Positions 31,170-45,390 are shown, numbered from the stretch's first letter. The stretch is DNA of 64,000 bases from Gammaproteobacteria bacterium (GCA_963662545.2 CAXXLL010000002.1:2272001-2336000), one strand, 5' to 3'. A program made the numbers and translations. The notes: generated by a model not told the origin, from the sequence alone.

Positions 31170-31218
31170 TCGATACGTCAGGCTACGATTAAACGTTCTA
31201 ACGGGACGGATCGCACAT

Positions 31219-31764
31219 TTAACCCCGGATCATCCGCGCCAGCGTGCCATGGCGGTCGATGAACTGATGCTTCAGTGCCGCCCCCGCATGCAGACAGATC
31301 AACACCCCGGTGACGTATCCGAGGTAGAAATGGAGTTCGATCGCTAAGTCGCGCAGATTCTTGTCAACCTTGACCACCGGCGGAACCTCGAACCAGCCGA
31401 AGATATCGATCGACTTACCCACGGAGGTCGATATTAAATAGCCCGTCACCGGAATCAATAACATTGCCGCGTAGAGGGCGTGATGCATGACTCCGGCTGC
31501 CATGCGTTCCCAGGTCTTGAGTTCGACCTGGTGTTCCGGCGACGGCGAGACGAAACGCCACCCCGCGAAGAGCGCACCCAGAGCGAGGGCGAACATGCCG
31601 AAACCTTTGTGGATCGCGAGCGATTCGTTATACCACTTATCGAAATAGGTCAGATCGACCATGTACCAGCCCAGAGCGATCAGTCCGGCGATGAGGATCG
31701 CGACGGACCAGTGCAGGAGTTTGGCGATCAGACCGTAGCCGTTGCGGGTATTTCGTAATTTCAC
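31219..31764 (-). CDS. Cytochrome b561 (YceJ-like)
   Basis: YGLIAKLLHW, HKGFG, HHALY, LH..HAGAALKHQF heme-ligand pattern. GTG start inferred. Confidence 0.9.
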   Translation of the reverse strand: MKLRNTRNGYGLIAKLLHWSVAILIAGLIALGWYMVDLTYFDKWYNESLAIHKGFGMFALALGALFAGWRFVSPSPEHQVELKTWERMAAGVMHHALYAAMLLIPVTGYLISTSVGKSIDIFGWFEVPPVVKVDKNLRDLAIELHFYLGYVTGVLICLHAGAALKHQFIDRHGTLARMIRG

Positions 31765-31808
31765 GATGACCTGGGCGCCGGCATGCCGTCGTATCGGCAC
31801 CAATCGCG

Positions 31809-33296
31809 TTAATAGCGGTAATGCTCGGGTTTATACGGTCCATCTCGCGACACGCCCAGATACTTCGCCTGCTTGCGATTCAAACCATCGAGCTTGATCC
31901 CGAGTTTGTCGAGGTGCAGCCGCGCTACTTTCTCGTCCAGGAGTTTTGGCAGCGTATGCACACCGAGGGGATAACGTTCCGGGAAATTGAATATCTCAAT
32001 CTGCGCGATCGTCTGATTGGTAAAGCTGTTGGACATGACGAAACTCGGGTGTCCCGTCGCGCAGCCGAGGTTCACCAAGCGGCCCTCGGCTAGCAAAATC
32101 AGGCGACGATTTTTCGAAATTGTGATCTGGTGGACCTGCGGTTTAATCTCGGTCCACTTGTATTTTCGCATGCGATCGACCTGGATCTCGCTGTCGAAAT
32201 GGCCGATGTTGCAGACCACCGCGAGGTCCTTCATGCGCTTCATGTGCTGCTCGGTAATGACATCGCAACAACCGGTCGTGGTAACGAAAATGTCCCCTAC
32301 GCGGCACGCGTCGTCCATGTGCATGACTTCATAGCCTTCCATGGAAGCCTGCAAGGCGCAGATCGGATCGATTTCAGTGACGACGACCCGCGCACCCTGC
32401 CCCCGCAAGGACTGACACGATCCCTTGCCGACATCGCCGTATCCGGCCACGACCGCGACCTTGCCCGAAAGCATGACATCGGTGGCGCGATTGATGGCGT
32501 CGACCAGCGAGTGCCGGCACCCATAAAGATTGTCGAACTTTGATTTCGTCACCGAGTCGTTGACATTCATTGCCGGAAACAGCAGTTCGCCTTTTTCGTG
32601 AAGCTGATAGAGCCGGTGCACGCCCGTCGTCGTCTCCTCCGTCACACCCTTGATGTGCGGTGCAATCCGGTGAAATCGCTGCGGGTCACGCTTGATCGAA
32701 CGCTTGAGCTGCGCGTACAACACGGTTTCTTCCTCGCTGCCGGGTTTGGCATTGAGTATCTTCGGATTCTCTTCGGCCTGATACCCCAAAAGCACGAACA
32801 GCGTCGCGTCGCCGCCATCGTCAAGTATCATGTTCGGTCCCTTGCCGCCGCCCCAATCGAGGATCCGGTCGGTGTACTGCCAGTATTCGGCGATGCTCTC
32901 TCCCTTTACGGCGAAGACGGGGAACCCGCGCTTGGCGATCGCGGCCGCAGCGTGGTCCTGGGTCGAAAAGATGTTGCAGCTTGCCCACCGAATCTTGGCG
33001 CCGAGGATTTCGAGCGTTTCGATCAACACGGCCGTTTGAATGGTCATGTGCAGTGAACCGGTGATACGGGCGTTCCGGAGCGGCTTGTCGCGTCCGTATT
33101 CTTCGCGCATCGCTATCAGGCCCGGCATTTCCTGTTCGGCCAGCGTGATTTCCTTACGGCCGTAATCAGCGAGGCCTAAATCCTTGACGACGTAATCTTT
33201 CACCGCCCTGCGCGCGGCGCGTTTTTTCGCACCCGAGGACCTCACAACGCGTTGAGACGTACCGGTGTGTTTTCGATCTGTTGATTCCTGACGCAT
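31809..33296 (-). CDS. ahcY: Adenosylhomocysteinase
   Basis: [51 protein letters not shown]. Confidence 0.97.
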   Translation of the reverse strand: MRQESTDRKHTGTSQRVVRSSGAKKRAARRAVKDYVVKDLGLADYGRKEITLAEQEMPGLIAMREEYGRDKPLRNARITGSLHMTIQTAVLIETLEILGAKIRWASCNIFSTQDHAAAAIAKRGFPVFAVKGESIAEYWQYTDRILDWGGGKGPNMILDDGGDATLFVLLGYQAEENPKILNAKPGSEEETVLYAQLKRSIKRDPQRFHRIAPHIKGVTEETTTGVHRLYQLHEKGELLFPAMNVNDSVTKSKFDNLYGCRHSLVDAINRATDVMLSGKVAVVAGYGDVGKGSCQSLRGQGARVVVTEIDPICALQASMEGYEVMHMDDACRVGDIFVTTTGCCDVITEQHMKRMKDLAVVCNIGHFDSEIQVDRMRKYKWTEIKPQVHQITISKNRRLILLAEGRLVNLGCATGHPSFVMSNSFTNQTIAQIEIFNFPERYPLGVHTLPKLLDEKVARLHLDKLGIKLDGLNRKQAKYLGVSRDGPYKPEHYRY

Positions 33297-33335
33297 TCAA
33301 AATCCCCGTTATTGGTAAAACAATTTACTGATTAA

Positions 33336-33497
33336 GGAGCCTCTGAATAAGTCATGGTGCGTCTGAATGGTTCATGAAATGGTGCAGATCAAGGCACGAA
33401 TCGCAGCCCATAGCGGGGACTAGGGCTAAGGTTCGTAACGTAAGGATGCGCGATTTCATGGGCAAGGCAGATGTGCCACGACTTATTCAGAGGTTCC
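33336..33497. mobile_element. MITE (162 bp) with IS5-like ends
   Basis: GGAGCCTCTGAATAAGTCATGG ... CCACGACTTATTCAGAGGTTCC terminal IR (20/22 match), flanked by TAA on both sides. No ORF. Confidence 0.8.
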
Positions 33498-33503
33498 TAA
33501 AAT

Positions 33504-34670
<1,167 letters not shown>

Positions 34671-34786
34671 GCAATCTCTCCTTGCGTTGGCGATTTTCGA
34701 CGTGGGGTCAGCGTCGGACAGCCCGATGCCGCGGGTCTAAAGGGGGGGCATTATGAACGATTTGCGCGTCCGCTGCCTCGCGGTGA

Positions 34787-35809
34787 TCAGCCACCACGGC
34801 CGGCAAGCTCCAGCACGAGTTTGCCCATGTGGCTGCTTTCCTCCATGACGGCGTGCGCTTCGGCGGCGTTCTCCAGTGCATACGTCGCGTGCACGTGGGC
34901 GTATACCTTGCCGGCTCGCACCAGGGGCCAGATTTCGTCCGCCACCGCCGCGGTAATCGCGCTTTTCCGTGCGACGCTCTGCGGGCGCAAGGTAGATCCG
35001 CACAGTGTCAAACGCTTCGGCAACACGTGGGCGAAGTTCACTTCCGCCTTAGGCCCCATGAGAAATGCGATCATGACGTAACGGCCGTCGTTGGCGAGAA
35101 CGCGGATATTCTTCATGACGTAGGGGCCGGCAACCATGTCGAGCACCACATCGACGCCGTCCGGGGCACAGAGTTCGGCCACCCGGGATTCCCAATCTTC
35201 TTCACGATAATTGATGGCGTGATCTGCCCCCATACGAATACAGTAGTCGCATTTATCCTTCGATCCCGCCGTGGTCAAGACCTTGGCGCCCCATGCCTTC
35301 GCAACCTGGATCGCAGTCGTACCAATACCGCTACTGCCGCCGTGTATCAACACGGTTTCTCCAGCCTCGAGTTTGCCGCGCTCGATCAAGTTGTGATACA
35401 CGGTAAAGCAGGTTTCCGGCAGCGCGCCGGCTTGCGTCGCGCTCAGTTCGTCCGGCCACCGCAGGCAATGCCCCGCGTTGGCCACGCAAAACTCCGCATA
35501 ACCCCCGCCGTGCGTCAGTGCAACGACCCGATCGCCCTGCTGCCAACGCGTCACCTCCGCGCCGACGGCGGCCACAAGGCCTGCCACTTCCAGGCCCGGC
35601 AGAGGACTGGCGCCGGGCGGCAGGGGATAAAGCCCGGCTCGCTGCATGCAGTCCGGCCGATTGACGCCGGCGGCGTGAACGGCGATCAACACTTCGTCTG
35701 CCGCCGGCACCGGCACTGCCGTACGCGTGGGTTTGAGAACTTCCGGGCCACCCGGTTCGGTGATCTCGACCGCGAGCATGTCTTGTGGTATCTGACCGCG
35801 AACCTTCAT
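34787..35809 (-). CDS. NAD(P)H-quinone oxidoreductase (MDR, PIG3-like)
   Basis: AAGVNRPD..QR, PGLEVAG, LPETCFTV, HGGSSGIGT, GSTLR. Confidence 0.9.
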   Translation of the reverse strand: MKVRGQIPQDMLAVEITEPGGPEVLKPTRTAVPVPAADEVLIAVHAAGVNRPDCMQRAGLYPLPPGASPLPGLEVAGLVAAVGAEVTRWQQGDRVVALTHGGGYAEFCVANAGHCLRWPDELSATQAGALPETCFTVYHNLIERGKLEAGETVLIHGGSSGIGTTAIQVAKAWGAKVLTTAGSKDKCDYCIRMGADHAINYREEDWESRVAELCAPDGVDVVLDMVAGPYVMKNIRVLANDGRYVMIAFLMGPKAEVNFAHVLPKRLTLCGSTLRPQSVARKSAITAAVADEIWPLVRAGKVYAHVHATYALENAAEAHAVMEESSHMGKLVLELAGRGG

Positions 35810-35916
35810 TTTTTAGAGCTCCACACTTTTATCGTCCGCGCGCGGACTGACGGAGTATAAGTCCTGGGCGAGCGTCGCCGAAGTCCGGCACCGAATCCAG
35901 TCGTGCTACGATTTAA

Positions 35917-36867
<951 letters not shown>

Positions 36868-36931
36868 AGAAAAGGGGTCGGAGTAAATCATTGGTAAATC
36901 ACGGGCCCATGTCGAAGTGCGTTGCCATTAA

Positions 36932-37576
36932 TTAACGCCGACCTCTTTTCTCATATAGCGTTTTCAGTGATCGGTACACGATGTCTCGAAATCGGGCGTC
37001 GTCACTGTCCAGCCCCGCTATCAACTCGGACAGCACTACATTGTCCTCGCGCCCGTCCCAAACCTTCACATATTCGCCGGTTTTATAGCCGTGATCCTGG
37101 CGAAACACATTGAGGACGTTCTTGCCGATGTAGGATCGATAGAGATCGTCGAAACCACTGCCGCAAGATTCGAGCAGGTTGCGAACGGAATCCACGGCAA
37201 ACCGCTTTTCTGCTAGCGCCGCGTGAGCAAGCCGCTCCACTTCCTCCAGGAAGGGCAGCGCAGGGCGCGGTGAATCCCATTCCCGCGCGATATCGGCGGC
37301 AGTCCGCCGATAGTCTCCCTCCACTTCGATGCGCTGGCTGAGACCGAAATGCCAGATATCAACGATCTCCAGGATCACCTGCTCGAAATCGGGTGCGGAA
37401 TGCTTCCACCATTTCCAATTGCCGTAGTGATCCATTAATTCGGCGCATTCGATCCATATCGCGCGATACCATTCCCGATCGCGGGACAGCCAGTCGCGAT
37501 CGACGCGGCTGTTCATCTCGCCTTGCATCGATAGCATCAAGCTGATTTTTTCGATCTTGGGATCGATTTCCGACAC
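36932..37576 (-). CDS. Dimeric (all-alpha) dUTP diphosphatase
   Basis: ECAELMDH..WKWWK, EIVDIWHF, YIGKNVLNVFRQDHGYK, W.GREDN. Confidence 0.88.
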   Translation of the reverse strand: MSEIDPKIEKISLMLSMQGEMNSRVDRDWLSRDREWYRAIWIECAELMDHYGNWKWWKHSAPDFEQVILEIVDIWHFGLSQRIEVEGDYRRTAADIAREWDSPRPALPFLEEVERLAHAALAEKRFAVDSVRNLLESCGSGFDDLYRSYIGKNVLNVFRQDHGYKTGEYVKVWDGREDNVVLSELIAGLDSDDARFRDIVYRSLKTLYEKRGRR

Positions 37577-37656
37577 CGATCGACGCTCCCGTCGAACCAC
37601 GATAACCGGTCCCGAGTATACCTCCGCAGACCGAAGTCTTTCGTGCAATAGGCAGG

Positions 37657-39570
37657 CTAGGCGAAGAATGCCCGCACGTCGTCGATGTCGCTCGTTACGG
37701 GCATCGGCGGCAGCGAGTTCAGGAAGGCCCGCCCATAGCTGCGTCGCAGGATGCGGTTGTCGCCAATCATCAAGACGCCGCGGTCGGAGACGTCGCGGAT
37801 AAGGCGCCCGGCGCCCTGCTTGAGCGCGGTGATCGCTTCGGGGAGCTGCAGTTCCACGAATGGATTGCCCCCGCGCGCGCTCATCGCCGCCATCCGCGCC
37901 TTGGTCACGGGCTCGTCCGGTACGCCGAACGGCAGCTTGTCGATAATGACGCAGCTAAGCCGTTCGCCGCGAACGTCGACGCCTTCCCAGAACGTTGCGG
38001 TCCCCATCAGGACCGCGTTGTCCATCGTCTCGAATCGGTGCAGCAGATCGCTGCGCGGCGCCTCGCCCTGGACTAGCAAAGAATAATCGGCGCGCTGACG
38101 GAGCAGATCAGCGCAAATATTAAGCGCACGATAACTGGTAAACAAGAAAAAGGCGCGGCCGTGGCTGCATTCAAGCAAAGGCAGTGCAGCGTCCACCAGG
38201 TCGCTTTCGAAATCGGGATGGCGAGGCTCGGTGTGCAAGCGCGGAATATACAGCAGCGCCTGTTTCGCGTAGTCGAATGGACTCTGCCACAGGTGTTCGC
38301 GCGCGTTTTTTATACCCAGTGCATTTGCGAAGTGGTCGAACCGGCCTGCCACCGCGAGCGTTGCTGAAGTCATTATCCAGGCCGCTTTAGAATTTTCGAG
38401 GCGCTGCGAAAATTCCGCAGCGACCGTGATCGGCGTGTCGTGCAGGCTGAACCCGCCGCGGCCGGTTTCGAGCCATCGGACCGAGACCTCGTCGGCGTTT
38501 CGGTCGAACGCATCGAGGCGTTCGCTCAAGGCGATCGCGCGTTCGTGGCAGCTCGCAAGCGCGATGCCACGCTCTGCGAGCCGGCCGAGCAGCTTACCTA
38601 GCTCCTCGAGCGCCGCTGAGAGCGCCTGCAGGCGCTCTGCTGCGCCATTACGGTCTGCGAAAGACACCCAATCCATGCGCTGCGGTTCCTTACCCAGGAA
38701 GCGCCTCAGTTCGAATTGCGCGGTGTCGAGTGCCGTAGACGATGCATTCAATGCCGGCGTATCGGGGGCTTCATCCCGGGCGGCTTCCAACACGTCCCGG
38801 CACAGATTGCCAAGCTGCTGCGCCGACACCGAGCGACTGAAAAAGCTGGACGCGATATCGGGCAGCTTGTGCGCTTCGTCCACAATGATCGCGTCAGCCG
38901 CGGGCAGCAGCTCAGCGAAGCCGGTTTCGCGCAGGACAAGATCGGCAAACAGCAGGTGGTGATTGACGACCACGAGATCGGCGGCGGCCGCTGTGCGACG
39001 CGCCCGCACCACGAAGCAGTCATCGAATGACGGACAGTCCTGACCGAGGCAGTTCTCTGTCGTCGAGGTCACCAGAAACCGGATCTGGGGATCATCGTCG
39101 AGTTCGCGCACCTCTTCGAGATCGCCGCTGTCGCTCTGCCCGGCCCACCGCCCGAGGTGCTCCAGCAACGGCAAGCGGTGTGCCTCCACTTCACGGTTTA
39201 GCACCGCCCGTTCAAGACGATAAAGGCAGAGATAGTTCTGCCTCCCTTTGAGCAGCGCCGCATCGATCGACAGATCGAGCGCGCGGCGAACGATCGGAAG
39301 ATCGCGATGATACAACTGGTCCTGCAGGGTTTTCGTCGCGGTCGAAATAACAGTCTTCAGGCCCGACTGCAGCGCCGGTACCAGGTAGGCGAAGGTTTTT
39401 CCCGTGCCGGTACCGGCCTCGCAAATCAGCACTTCGCGGGCCGCCAGCACCTCGTCGATCACCGCCGCCATTGCCTGCTGCTCACGACGCGGACTGAAAC
39501 CCTCGATCAGATCTGCGAATGGGCCTGCCGCGCCGAGTACCGCAGCCGCCTCGGAATTTTCGGATGACAT
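37657..39570 (-). CDS. yoaA: ATP-dependent DNA helicase, DinG/YoaA family
   Basis: EAGTGTGKT, KGRQNYLC Fe-S cysteines, DEAH, SATL, FWEGVD, QGAGRLIR. Confidence 0.92.
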   Translation of the reverse strand: MSSENSEAAAVLGAAGPFADLIEGFSPRREQQAMAAVIDEVLAAREVLICEAGTGTGKTFAYLVPALQSGLKTVISTATKTLQDQLYHRDLPIVRRALDLSIDAALLKGRQNYLCLYRLERAVLNREVEAHRLPLLEHLGRWAGQSDSGDLEEVRELDDDPQIRFLVTSTTENCLGQDCPSFDDCFVVRARRTAAAADLVVVNHHLLFADLVLRETGFAELLPAADAIIVDEAHKLPDIASSFFSRSVSAQQLGNLCRDVLEAARDEAPDTPALNASSTALDTAQFELRRFLGKEPQRMDWVSFADRNGAAERLQALSAALEELGKLLGRLAERGIALASCHERAIALSERLDAFDRNADEVSVRWLETGRGGFSLHDTPITVAAEFSQRLENSKAAWIMTSATLAVAGRFDHFANALGIKNAREHLWQSPFDYAKQALLYIPRLHTEPRHPDFESDLVDAALPLLECSHGRAFFLFTSYRALNICADLLRQRADYSLLVQGEAPRSDLLHRFETMDNAVLMGTATFWEGVDVRGERLSCVIIDKLPFGVPDEPVTKARMAAMSARGGNPFVELQLPEAITALKQGAGRLIRDVSDRGVLMIGDNRILRRSYGRAFLNSLPPMPVTSDIDDVRAFFA

Positions 39571-39667
39571 GCGAAAAAAAAGGGTCAGGATTAACTATCC
39601 GCAAAGCATTTCGACATGGGCCGGCGAGTTGCCATTAAGTCCGCGACCTTCCGGAAAGAAAAGATCT

Positions 39668-39742
39668 CGCCAAGGCGCAATAAAACCAAAGCGAATTGTG
39701 ATTGTTAGCGATGTTTTTTCCTGGTGTCTTTGCGCCTTGGCG
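39668..39742. repeat. Short intergenic inverted repeat (REP-like relic)
   Basis: Perfect 13-bp arms CGCCAAGGCGCAA / TTGCGCCTTGGCG. Confidence 0.5.
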
Positions 39743-39795
39743 CGAGAAATATTGATGTTTATGGATAGACACGGATCAACTCCGATCTCAATGTT

Positions 39796-40272
39796 CTATT
39801 CGTCGGCGCGCTCGATGCCACCGTCGCGGGTCCATACTCGCTCGCCTATGATCTTGAAACGGGCGACCGAGATCGAACCCCGACGGTTCGGTTTCGAGGC
39901 CGCCAGGACGTTCTCGATAGCGCTGTGGGTCGCTTCGATCATTTCGAACGGCTCGTATTCTTCGTCCATCAACACGAGGACCGCGGTATCCCAGGGCTTG
40001 TCGAGCTTGAGTTGGCCCAGCCGATGCGGTTGGTGTTTGTCGCCGAACACCGCGCGGCCCTTGATCTGCAGCCGCTCGATCGCGTCGCCGCGCTTGCGCG
40101 TCGCGTCGTAACCCGCGGCATCACGGGGGGCTGGTTCCAATCCGAGTTGAATGATGGCGTCATTGATGGCGATCTCACCGCTGATCGCCAGCGTCCGACC
40201 GGTCGCCTTTCGGTATTCGGCCGCCAGTTTACGCGCTTCCGACATGAGTTTGTCGACACGATAGAGGCCCAT
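39796..40272 (-). CDS. Conserved hypothetical protein (possible PD-(D/E)XK-like fold)
   Basis: 158-aa ORF with SGE..GYDA..QIKGR pattern, co-directional downstream of epmA. Confidence 0.7.
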   Translation of the reverse strand: MGLYRVDKLMSEARKLAAEYRKATGRTLAISGEIAINDAIIQLGLEPAPRDAAGYDATRKRGDAIERLQIKGRAVFGDKHQPHRLGQLKLDKPWDTAVLVLMDEEYEPFEMIEATHSAIENVLAASKPNRRGSISVARFKIIGERVWTRDGGIERADE

Positions 40273-40334
40273 GGAGTTCGGGATCCGCCTTCATCATGAA
40301 GTTTGATCGTATTGATACTACATAGGTATGTAAT

Positions 40335-41330
40335 TTATTCCATCGAGCCGTCGGATTTTAGTTCCGGAACTGAATCGGAGAGGACACCGATCCCGGTCGC
40401 GTCCGCGATGTCACTGACGCCCGTCAACACCATGATCAGGCGCTCGATACCGAGCGCCACCCCAGCGCAAGCAGGTAAACCGTCGGCCAGCGCCGCCAGC
40501 CAGTCTTCATCGACATCCATTTTCGGCCGTCCCCGCCGCATCCGCAGGGCATTATCCTGCTCAAAACACTGGCGCTGTTCCTCGACATCGGTAATTTCGT
40601 GGTAACCGTTGGCGATTTCGGTGCCGTCGACGATCAACTCGAAACGCTCCGCAATGCGCGGCCCGCGAGCCGACACCCGCGCGTAGCCGCGCAGTTCAAG
40701 TGGGTAATCGAACAGAAAAACGGCCCCATCGACAGCGAGCGCGGGTTCGAGACGGTGTACATAAATGCAATCGAAAAGCAGCGAACGGTCTTCCCTATCC
40801 TCGGGCGACAGGCGCGTAGACTTTCCGTTAGCGATATCGGCAAGCCGCGCGGTGGTAATCGTATGCGGATCGCCGCCGATATGACGCGCCCATAATTCGG
40901 CGTAGCTCACGCGGGTGATCGGCCGGTTCATTCCGAGCGAGTGGAGCAGCGCTTCGACGTCATCCATCAGTTGCCTGTGATCGAAACCGCGTCGGTACCA
41001 CTCCAGCATGGTGAATTCAGGCAGATGGAAACGGCCTGCCTCGCCGCCGCGAAACACCGGCCCGATCTGGTAGATATCGCCGCTGCCGGCGGCCAGCAAG
41101 CGCTTCATTGCCGATTCGGGCGAGGTGCGCAAATAACGGCGCCCTGGGACGGACGCACATTCGAGCGCAAGACTCTCGAGCGCGGGTTCGCTCGTCGCAA
41201 ACCTGGACAGCACAGGCGTGGTGACTTCGCAGGCGCCGCCCGCCTCGAAATAATCTCTCATTTGCGCGATGAGCCGCGCCCGGTAACGCAGCCTCTCGAC
41301 GGTTACACTTGGGCGCTGATCATGCGCCAT
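40335..41330 (-). CDS. epmA: EF-P lysine aminoacylase
   Basis: YLRTSPE.AMKRLL, FRGGEAGRFH.PEFTMLEWY, EIANGY, GVALGIERL. Confidence 0.94.
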   Translation of the reverse strand: MAHDQRPSVTVERLRYRARLIAQMRDYFEAGGACEVTTPVLSRFATSEPALESLALECASVPGRRYLRTSPESAMKRLLAAGSGDIYQIGPVFRGGEAGRFHLPEFTMLEWYRRGFDHRQLMDDVEALLHSLGMNRPITRVSYAELWARHIGGDPHTITTARLADIANGKSTRLSPEDREDRSLLFDCIYVHRLEPALAVDGAVFLFDYPLELRGYARVSARGPRIAERFELIVDGTEIANGYHEITDVEEQRQCFEQDNALRMRRGRPKMDVDEDWLAALADGLPACAGVALGIERLIMVLTGVSDIADATGIGVLSDSVPELKSDGSME

Positions 41331-41342
41331 GCGAAAGGGTTC

Positions 41343-41915
41343 CTAACCTGCCTTCGCGCGGGACACGTACTCACCCGTTCGCGTGTCGATCTTCAGGCAC
41401 TCACCCTGCTCGACGAACAGGGGTACTTTGACGACGGCGCCCGTTTCGAGCGTGGCCGGCTTGGTGCCGCCGGAAGCCGTATCGCCCCGCACGCCGGGAT
41501 CGGTCTCGGTGATTTCCAGGACCACGAAATTCGGTGGTGTGACGGTGAGCGGCACGTCGTTCCACAGCGTGATTTCGCAGATTTCCTCACCCTTGAGCCA
41601 TTTGACCGCCTCGCCCATGGCGGCCTCGGATGCCATGATCTGCTCGAAGGACTGCGGGTCCATGAAATGCCAGTGCAACCCGTCGTGATAGAGATATTGC
41701 AATTCGGTATCGACCACATCCGCTGCCTCGACGGTCTCGCCCGACTTGAGCGTCTTCTCGATGACTCGACCGGTCTTGAGGTTTCTTATTTTGATACGAT
41801 TGAACGCCTGCCCCTTACCCGGTTTGACGAATTCGTTCTCGACAATGCTGTATGGATCACCGTCGAACAAGAGTTTGAGTCCGGCTTTGAACTGACTGGT
41901 ACTGTAAGAAGCCAT
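41343..41915 (-). CDS. efp: Elongation factor P
   Basis: [29 protein letters not shown]. Confidence 0.97.
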   Translation of the reverse strand: MASYSTSQFKAGLKLLFDGDPYSIVENEFVKPGKGQAFNRIKIRNLKTGRVIEKTLKSGETVEAADVVDTELQYLYHDGLHWHFMDPQSFEQIMASEAAMGEAVKWLKGEEICEITLWNDVPLTVTPPNFVVLEITETDPGVRGDTASGGTKPATLETGAVVKVPLFVEQGECLKIDTRTGEYVSRAKAG

Positions 41916-41948
41916 CGAATCTCGAGATTTCACAAATTTGGGGCGCCA

Positions 41949-42980
41949 ATGATACCGCGAAGCCGAATTTCCGAGGAATTAAACGATTGGCGCTCGGAAC
42001 TGCGCAACGCCTACCGAGATCCGGTAAAACTACTCGAAGCACTCGAAATCAAACCCGCTAGCATCGGCTTGTCGAACGCCGCGGCCACTGGCTTCGCGTT
42101 TCGTGTTCCGCACGCTTATGCCGCACGCATGCGCCGCGGCGACCCGAACGACCCGCTGCTGCGTCAGGTTCTGCCACTCCAAGAAGAAACCGAATCTCGC
42201 GAGGGATATTCAAGCGATCCCGTCGGCGAATTCGCGCTTCTTCAAGACGGCAACCTGATTCATAAATACCGCGGCCGGGCGCTGCTCGTATTGACCGGCA
42301 CGTGTGCGGTTAACTGCCGGTATTGTTTTCGTCGCGCGTTTCCCTATGGAAAAACCGTAGGGCAGGAGCGCCTACGGCGCGCCTTCGCTCGCATCGCCGC
42401 GGATACCAGCCTCTCGGAGATCATCCTGAGCGGCGGCGATCCCCTGGTGCTCGACGACGCCGCTCTCGGACATGTTTTGTCCGCTCTTGATGCCATCGGC
42501 CACGTCCAACGCGTTCGTATCCATACACGTCTGCCCGTCGTGCTACCTTCGCGGATCACCGATGCGCTGCTTGACGTACTGAACGGTTCGAGCACCCAGA
42601 CGATCATCGTGATCCACGTCAATCATCCGCGTGAAATCGACGACAAAACCGTGACGGCGCTGGCACGCTGCCGCGCGGCCGGCATCACGCTTCTGAACCA
42701 GTCCGTGCTGCTCAGAGGCGTCAACGACGACGCCGAGGTCTTAACGGAGCTGTCGCATACCTTGTTTGATGCGGGCGTGCTGCCCTATTACGTCAACCTG
42801 CTCGATCGGGTTTCGGGAACCGCCCATTTCGAAGTACCCGATGATCGCGCAAGCATCATCGAAGGGGAACTGCGCGCGCGCCTGCCCGGTTATCTGGTGC
42901 CGCTGTTCGTGCGGGAAATCCCGGGGGCGGCCTCTAAAGTGCCGCTGAATGCATTGACGTCAGGGGGCGATCGAGCTTAA
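41949..42980 (+). CDS. epmB: EF-P beta-lysylation protein (lysine 2,3-aminomutase)
   Basis: [44 protein letters not shown]. Divergent from efp. Confidence 0.94.
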   Translation: MIPRSRISEELNDWRSELRNAYRDPVKLLEALEIKPASIGLSNAAATGFAFRVPHAYAARMRRGDPNDPLLRQVLPLQEETESREGYSSDPVGEFALLQDGNLIHKYRGRALLVLTGTCAVNCRYCFRRAFPYGKTVGQERLRRAFARIAADTSLSEIILSGGDPLVLDDAALGHVLSALDAIGHVQRVRIHTRLPVVLPSRITDALLDVLNGSSTQTIIVIHVNHPREIDDKTVTALARCRAAGITLLNQSVLLRGVNDDAEVLTELSHTLFDAGVLPYYVNLLDRVSGTAHFEVPDDRASIIEGELRARLPGYLVPLFVREIPGAASKVPLNALTSGGDRA

Positions 42981-43146
42981 ACGCTCAGCGCTACGGGCAT
43001 AATTTCGAATGGGCTGACGCGCGTGCCGCAGCTAAAGATCGCGGCGGCGATGACGATAACAAGGGGTGAACGGAACAATTCCACCCTCCCTGGTCCGTTC
43101 CCGTTCGCGGACTGGTCAAGACCGGTCCGCGATTTTTTTAACCTGG

Positions 43147-45390
43147 CTAAAACGCCGGCTCCATCCGGTCGACGCGCTGAAAGCCGCGCGGCAGTTTCAT
43201 CCCGCGCCGTGCGCGATCGCCGATGTAATGCTCTTGATCGATTTCCTTGAGCGTGATGTAGCGATTGCCCGCATAGATGCGTAAATCATCCTCGGGTCCA
43301 AGTACGGTGATCGCCTTCATCGTCTCCTCGCGCAATTTCAGTTTCGCCGACGGGATCTGCAGGATCTTCTGGCCTTTGCCCCGCCCCAGCAACGGCATTT
43401 CTCCGATCGGAAATATCAGGAGGTGCCCGGCACTGGACACGCACGCGATCCAGTCCTCGTCCGGATCCGCCACTGCGACGGGTGGCAGTACGCGTGCACC
43501 TTGAGGCAGGCTCATGACCGCCTTGCCCGCGCGGTTCTTAGTCATCAATACTTCGAGTTCGGCGACAAAGCCATAGCCGAAATCCGAAGCGAGCAATACA
43601 TAGGGGTCGACGCCGGCGATGACGACACCCGCAAACCCCGCACCTTCGGGCGGCGTCAGACGGCCGGCCAGCGGTTCACCCAGGCCGCGCGCAGACGGCA
43701 GGCTGTGAGCGGCTACGGTATAGGCGCGGCCGGTCGAATCGAAGAACACAACGTTTTGATTGCTCTTGCCACGCGCCGCCGCCTGGAATTCGTCGCCAGC
43801 ACGGAAGCTGAGTTCACGGGGATCGAGTTCATGCCCCTTGGCGGCCCGTGCCCAGCCCTTGGCCGACAACACGACGGTGATCGGTTCGGTCGGGAGCAGT
43901 TCGGTTTCCGAAATGGCTTGTGCCGCCGACCGTGAGACGATGGGGCAGCGCCGTTCGTCTCCATATTGGTTCATGTCTGCGCGGATTTCGTCACGGATCA
44001 CGGTGCGCAACCGCCGCTTGGACTTCAAGATCTGTTCGAGCTTCTTGCGCTCTGTTGCAAGCTCTGCCTCCTCACCGCGTATGCGTTGCTCTTCGAGCCG
44101 TGCGAGATGGCGCAAGCGTAGATCGAGAATGGCATCCGCCTGCACGTCCGAAAGACGAAAACATTTCATCAATACCGACTTCGGCTTGTCTTCAGTGCGA
44201 ATGATGTGGATGACCTCATCTATGTTAAGAAACGCGATGAGATAACCTTCGAGCACGTGCAGGCGGGCGATGACCTTGTCGAGGCGGTACTGCAGCCGAC
44301 GGCGCACCGTCTCGGTCCGAAATGAAAGCCATTCGGTTAGCAAGGTCTGCAAATTTTTAACTGCGGGAAGGCCACTGGTACCGATGACGTTCAAGTTGAC
44401 TCGGTAACTGCGCTCAAGATCGGTCGTTGCAAACAAGTGCTGCATGAGTTGCTCGGTATCGACGCGGTTGGAACGCGGGACGAGCACGAAGCGCGTCGGT
44501 GTTTCGTGATCCGACTCGTCACGGAGATCATCCAGCATCGGCAGCTTCTTAGCCTGCATCTGCGCGGCGATCTGTTCGAGGATCTTCGAGCCGGAACTCT
44601 GGTAGGGAAGCGTCGTGATGACGACGTTCGATCCTTCGTGTTCGTAACTGGCCCTGAGCTTTACGCTACCGCTGCCGGTTTCGTATATCTCGCGGAGATC
44701 GTCTGTGGGCGTAATTATTTCACCGCCGCCGGGATAATCCGGTCCGTTCACGTACTTGCAAAGATCCGCCACGGTCGCCTTTGGTGATTCCAGCAAGTGT
44801 ATGCAGGCTTGGGCGACTTCGTTCAAATTGTGTGGCGGAATATCCGTTGCCATACCCACTGCGATACCCGTCGTCCCGTTCAACAGCACGTTCGGCAACC
44901 GCGCTGGCAGCAGTAAAGGCTCCTCCAGCGTACCGTCGAAATTGGGTCCCCAGTCGACCGTTCCCTGCCCCAGTTCGGACAACAAAACGTCCGCGTAAGC
45001 GGTTAATTTCGCCTCGGTATAACGCATTGCCGCAAACGACTTGGGATCATCCGTCGAGCCCCAGTTACCCTGCCCATCGACTAGGGGATAGCGATAACTG
45101 AAAGATTGCGCCATCAATACCATCGCCTCGTAACAGGCGGAGTCGCCGTGCGGATGAAACTTACCGATCACGTCGCCAATAGTGCGTGCGGATTTCTTGT
45201 ATTTCGATCCGGCATCGAGGCCCAGCTCCGACATCGCGTAAACGATGCGCCGCTGAACCGGTTTGAGGCCGTCGCCGACGTGGGGCAGCGCACGATCGAG
45301 GATGACGTACATCGAATAATCGAGGTAGGCACGCTCGGTGAATTCCCTGAGCGGAATTTTTTCGATGGCAAAGGAATCGTCGCGGGCCAT
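43147..45390 (-). CDS. parC: DNA topoisomerase IV subunit A
   Basis: [37 protein letters not shown]. Confidence 0.96.
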   Translation of the reverse strand: MARDDSFAIEKIPLREFTERAYLDYSMYVILDRALPHVGDGLKPVQRRIVYAMSELGLDAGSKYKKSARTIGDVIGKFHPHGDSACYEAMVLMAQSFSYRYPLVDGQGNWGSTDDPKSFAAMRYTEAKLTAYADVLLSELGQGTVDWGPNFDGTLEEPLLLPARLPNVLLNGTTGIAVGMATDIPPHNLNEVAQACIHLLESPKATVADLCKYVNGPDYPGGGEIITPTDDLREIYETGSGSVKLRASYEHEGSNVVITTLPYQSSGSKILEQIAAQMQAKKLPMLDDLRDESDHETPTRFVLVPRSNRVDTEQLMQHLFATTDLERSYRVNLNVIGTSGLPAVKNLQTLLTEWLSFRTETVRRRLQYRLDKVIARLHVLEGYLIAFLNIDEVIHIIRTEDKPKSVLMKCFRLSDVQADAILDLRLRHLARLEEQRIRGEEAELATERKKLEQILKSKRRLRTVIRDEIRADMNQYGDERRCPIVSRSAAQAISETELLPTEPITVVLSAKGWARAAKGHELDPRELSFRAGDEFQAAARGKSNQNVVFFDSTGRAYTVAAHSLPSARGLGEPLAGRLTPPEGAGFAGVVIAGVDPYVLLASDFGYGFVAELEVLMTKNRAGKAVMSLPQGARVLPPVAVADPDEDWIACVSSAGHLLIFPIGEMPLLGRGKGQKILQIPSAKLKLREETMKAITVLGPEDDLRIYAGNRYITLKEIDQEHYIGDRARRGMKLPRGFQRVDRMEPAF

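Noticed and set aside
40941-41948. N-terminal extension making EpmB 679 aa
   Set aside because: It overlaps efp and epmA on the opposite strand. EpmB similarity begins at ATG 41949.
40335-42980. Functional link between the efp-epmA-epmB cluster and the Pro-anticodon tRNA
   Set aside because: It is a standard chromosomal cluster 14 kb from a recently inserted element, so proximity is likely coincidental.
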